From NCBI GenBank assembly GCA_965287045.1, contig OZ336877.1:85498001-85562000 (forward strand): a stretch of 64,000 nucleotides of DNA. The letters run 5' to 3'. Positions 61,305 to 64,000 of the stretch are shown piece after piece; the first letter of the stretch is position 1, and each line of letters opens with the position of its first letter. Under the pieces are notes generated by a model that searched no databases, was not told the origin of the DNA, and saw only the letters and a program-made list of their open reading frames with translations. The position numbers were made by a program, and so were the translations under genes. The DNA is from Carcharhinus amblyrhynchos. Taxonomy: Eukaryota.

Positions 61305-62114
61305 AAGACTGGGCAGAGAAGTGGCAGATGGACTTCAACGCAGATAAATGTGTAGTGGTCCATTTTGGCAGGACCAGCAGGATGCAGTACAATATCAAGG
61401 GTAGGAGTCTTAACTGCGTTGGAGAGCAGAAGGATCTTGGGGTCCAGGTCCATAGGACTCTTAAATCGGCCTCGCAGGTGGAGGATGTGGTCAAGAAGGC
61501 GTATGGCGTACTGGCCTTCATTAATTGAGGGATTGAGTTTAGGAGTCGGGAGGTAATGCTGCAACTTTATAAGACCCTTGTCAGACCCCACTTGGAGTAC
61601 TGTGCGCAGTTCTAGTCACCTCACTACAGGATGTGGAAGCTATTGAGAGGGTGCAGAGGAGATTTACAATGATGTTGCCTAGATTGGGAGGCATGCCTTA
61701 TGAAGATAGGTTGAGGGAGCTAGGTCTCTCCTCCCTGGAGAGACGAAGGTTGAGAGGCGACCTGATAGAGGTTTATAAAATGTTGAGAGGAATAGATAGG
61801 GTGGATTCTAGGAGGCTATTTCCCAGGGCTGAAATGGTCGCTACGAGAGGACACAAGTTTAAGGTGCTGGGAAGCAAGTACAGAGATGTTAGGGGTAAGT
61901 TTTTCACTCAGAGGGTGGTAAGTGAGTGGAATCGGCTGCCGTCGGTGGTGGTAGAGGCGAACTCGCTGGGGTCTTTTAAAAGACTTCTGGATGAGTATAT
62001 GGGATCTAATGGCATTGGAAGTTACAGATAGTTCTCTGGCTTGGTAGGTATAGATGTGATCGGCACAACTTGTGGGCCAAAGGGCCTGTTTGTGCTGTAG
62101 TGTTCTATGTTCTA
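61305..62114 (+). mobile_element. CR1 LINE 3' fragment
   Basis: WAEKWQMDFNADKC, LRGDLIEVYK and FFTQRVVSEWNRLP, with a TGTTCTATGTTCTA tail. Confidence 0.95.
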
Positions 62115-62254
62115 AAAAACATGCAATTAGGTGTGGTGTTCTATGTTTTTTAACATTTCATGTTGCATACATTATTACATAAATAAAACAAAATTTGTGC
62201 TCTAATGTCTTTTTAATAACAACAACTTTAGGTTTTAATGAAGATCATTTATAT

Positions 62255-62632
62255 ACGTTAAGTTCATTCAGCCCTTCAAGCCTGTTCCACCATTCATTTC
62301 GATCATGGCTGATTATCAAAATCAATATCATGATCCCATCTTCCCCCCATATCCCTTGATCCCTTTAGCACCAAGAGCTACATCTATTCCCCATATCTAA
62401 TAACTATAGCTCTTAACTTTCCAAATTAAAAATCTGTCTACCTCCTCCTTAAATTTACTGAATGTATTGGCCCTACCTCCGATCTCCCTGCATATTTTAC
62501 CCACTAGCCTGCACATCTTAGGACACTAAGGGGTAATTTTTAGCATGGCCAATCAACCTAACCTGCACATCTTTGGATGGCTTGATGGGCCAAATGGCCT
62601 CTATCTGTACTGTAGAGTTTCTATGATTCTAT
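62255..62632. mobile_element. Antisense CR1 tail (~62255-62480) and an HE1 SINE with 5' inversion (~62490-62632)
   Basis: The HE1 core is antisense (TTAGCATGGCCAATCAACCTAACCTGCACATCTTTGGA) and is joined directly to a sense tail ending TTTCTATGATTCTAT. Confidence 0.7.
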
Positions 62633-62849
62633 ATATAAAATGCAGCACGACTCAGGCCAGTCAATCCAACCAGGCCATCCTGCCATTTATGTTCAACTTG
62701 AGTCACTTCCCATCCCTTCTCACTAAACTCTGTCAATGTAACATTCTATTCCCTACTTCCTCATATACATTTAAGGGGAAGCTCGGCAAGCATTTGTAAT
62801 ATTTGTCTGAACACTAGAGTGCTCACATTTACACCATGATCCGAGTACT

Positions 62850-63368
62850 TTTAATTCCTTCACAGGACGTAAGCATTGCTGGCTGGCCAGCATTTCTTAC
62901 CAATCTCTAACTGATTTTTGAGAAAATGATGATGAGCCGTCTTCTTGAACTACTGCAGTCTATGGTGGTATAGATATATCCACAGTGCTGTTAGAAAGGA
63001 ACTTCCAGAATTTTGACCAGGGACAACGAAGGAACAGTGATGTAGTTCCTAATCAGGATGGTGTGCAGCTTCGAAGGGAATTTGCAGATGCAGTTCCCAT
63101 GCATCTGCTGCCCTTTTCCTTTGAGGTGGTAGAGGTCATAAGTTTGGAAAGGAGCTGCTGAAGGAGCATTGGTGAGTTGCTGTTGTGCATCTCGTAGATG
63201 GTAGACACTGTTGCCACTATGTGTCAGTGGTAGAGGGAGTTAATGTTTAAGGTGGTGGATGGGTTACCAATCAAGCAGATTGCTTTATCCTCTATTCTGT
63301 TGAAATTTGTGGCTGCTGTTAGAGCTGCACTCATCCAGGCAAGTGGTGAGTATTCCATTACAACCCTC
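62850..63368 (-). mobile_element. 3' end of the same LINE family as 43215-45290
   Basis: Shares GCTGGCCAGCATTT..., CTGCTGCCCTT..CCTT..AGGTGGTAG and GCACTCATCCAGGCAAGTGG.GAGTATTCCAT. Confidence 0.8.
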
Positions 63369-64000
63369 AGAGGGTGGTGAGTGTCTGGAACAAAGCTGCC
63401 AGAGGCAGTGGTAAAGATGTGTACAATTTTATCTTTGAAAAAGCACAGTTAGATGGGTGTGATGTTAGTGAATGATGTAGGAGGGCTAATTAGGCTAATA
63501 AAGATACATAACCACAAGTTTAAGAATACTAACACAATAGTGACTAAGAGTGAATGATCTTAGGCTACGGAGAGGGCTGACAAGGGCTGTTGTTGTAGAC
63601 ATCAGCTCTAGGAATAACAAGTGTTTTTCATTTAAAAACAGGTATTTTGAATTTATGAAATGTAGTTTGATTATAGGATTTTGGGAAGCTTCAGGCTTGA
63701 CGGAGGAAGCATAGACAGAGCCTGCGTTCCAAAGGACAACAATTTCACTGAATGCAATTGTGTTATCAGTCGGGAACAAGATGGCTATCAATGCCAGTTT
63801 GATGAATAGAGCTATACAGTTCTGAGCTGATTACGCAGGTGGAAGGCAGACATAAGAGATTTCTCTGGGTTGGATGAGAGCCACGTGTATTCAATTCGGG
63901 AGAATCATTCCCCTATTTCATTGTTCAGTGCTCCATGTTGCTGGGCAACAGAGGGGAGGAATTGTTGTAATTTAATGACATCCCATGAGGTTAGGATGTG

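Noticed and set aside
63495-63791. 98-aa minus-strand ORF near the window end
   Set aside because: No motif and no splice or start evidence. The context is cut off by the window edge.

Overview
This is eukaryotic, repeat-dominated DNA with the transposable-element complement typical of cartilaginous fishes, probably a shark (inferred from HE1/V-SINE-like SINEs, HER1/CR1 LINEs, a SacSINE1-like SINE and shark-type Penelope elements). No host protein-coding gene could be recognised, so the window reads as intergenic or intronic. The only long intact ORF (4878-6482) is the RT half of a young, 5'-truncated CR1 LINE. Other content: many CR1 copies from several subfamilies; Rex1/Babar-like, L2-like, Vingi-like and Tx1/L1-like LINE remnants; Gypsy remnants including an LTR with PBS; one delimited two-gene Harbinger transposon (12916-18265, TIRs and ATT TSD) plus four other Harbinger nuclease relics; and several head-to-head Penelope structures carrying minimal hammerhead ribozyme cores. 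Unexplained structure includes a ~1 kb G/purine-rich tract, a ~130-bp inverted repeat with a perfect 20-bp palindrome, a 34-bp near-palindrome, an apparent locally templated CR1 copy, a SINE with a swapped 3' tail, and exon-like or promoter-like segments in unique DNA. Family names come from recognising motifs by eye, with no database search, and most boundaries are approximate.
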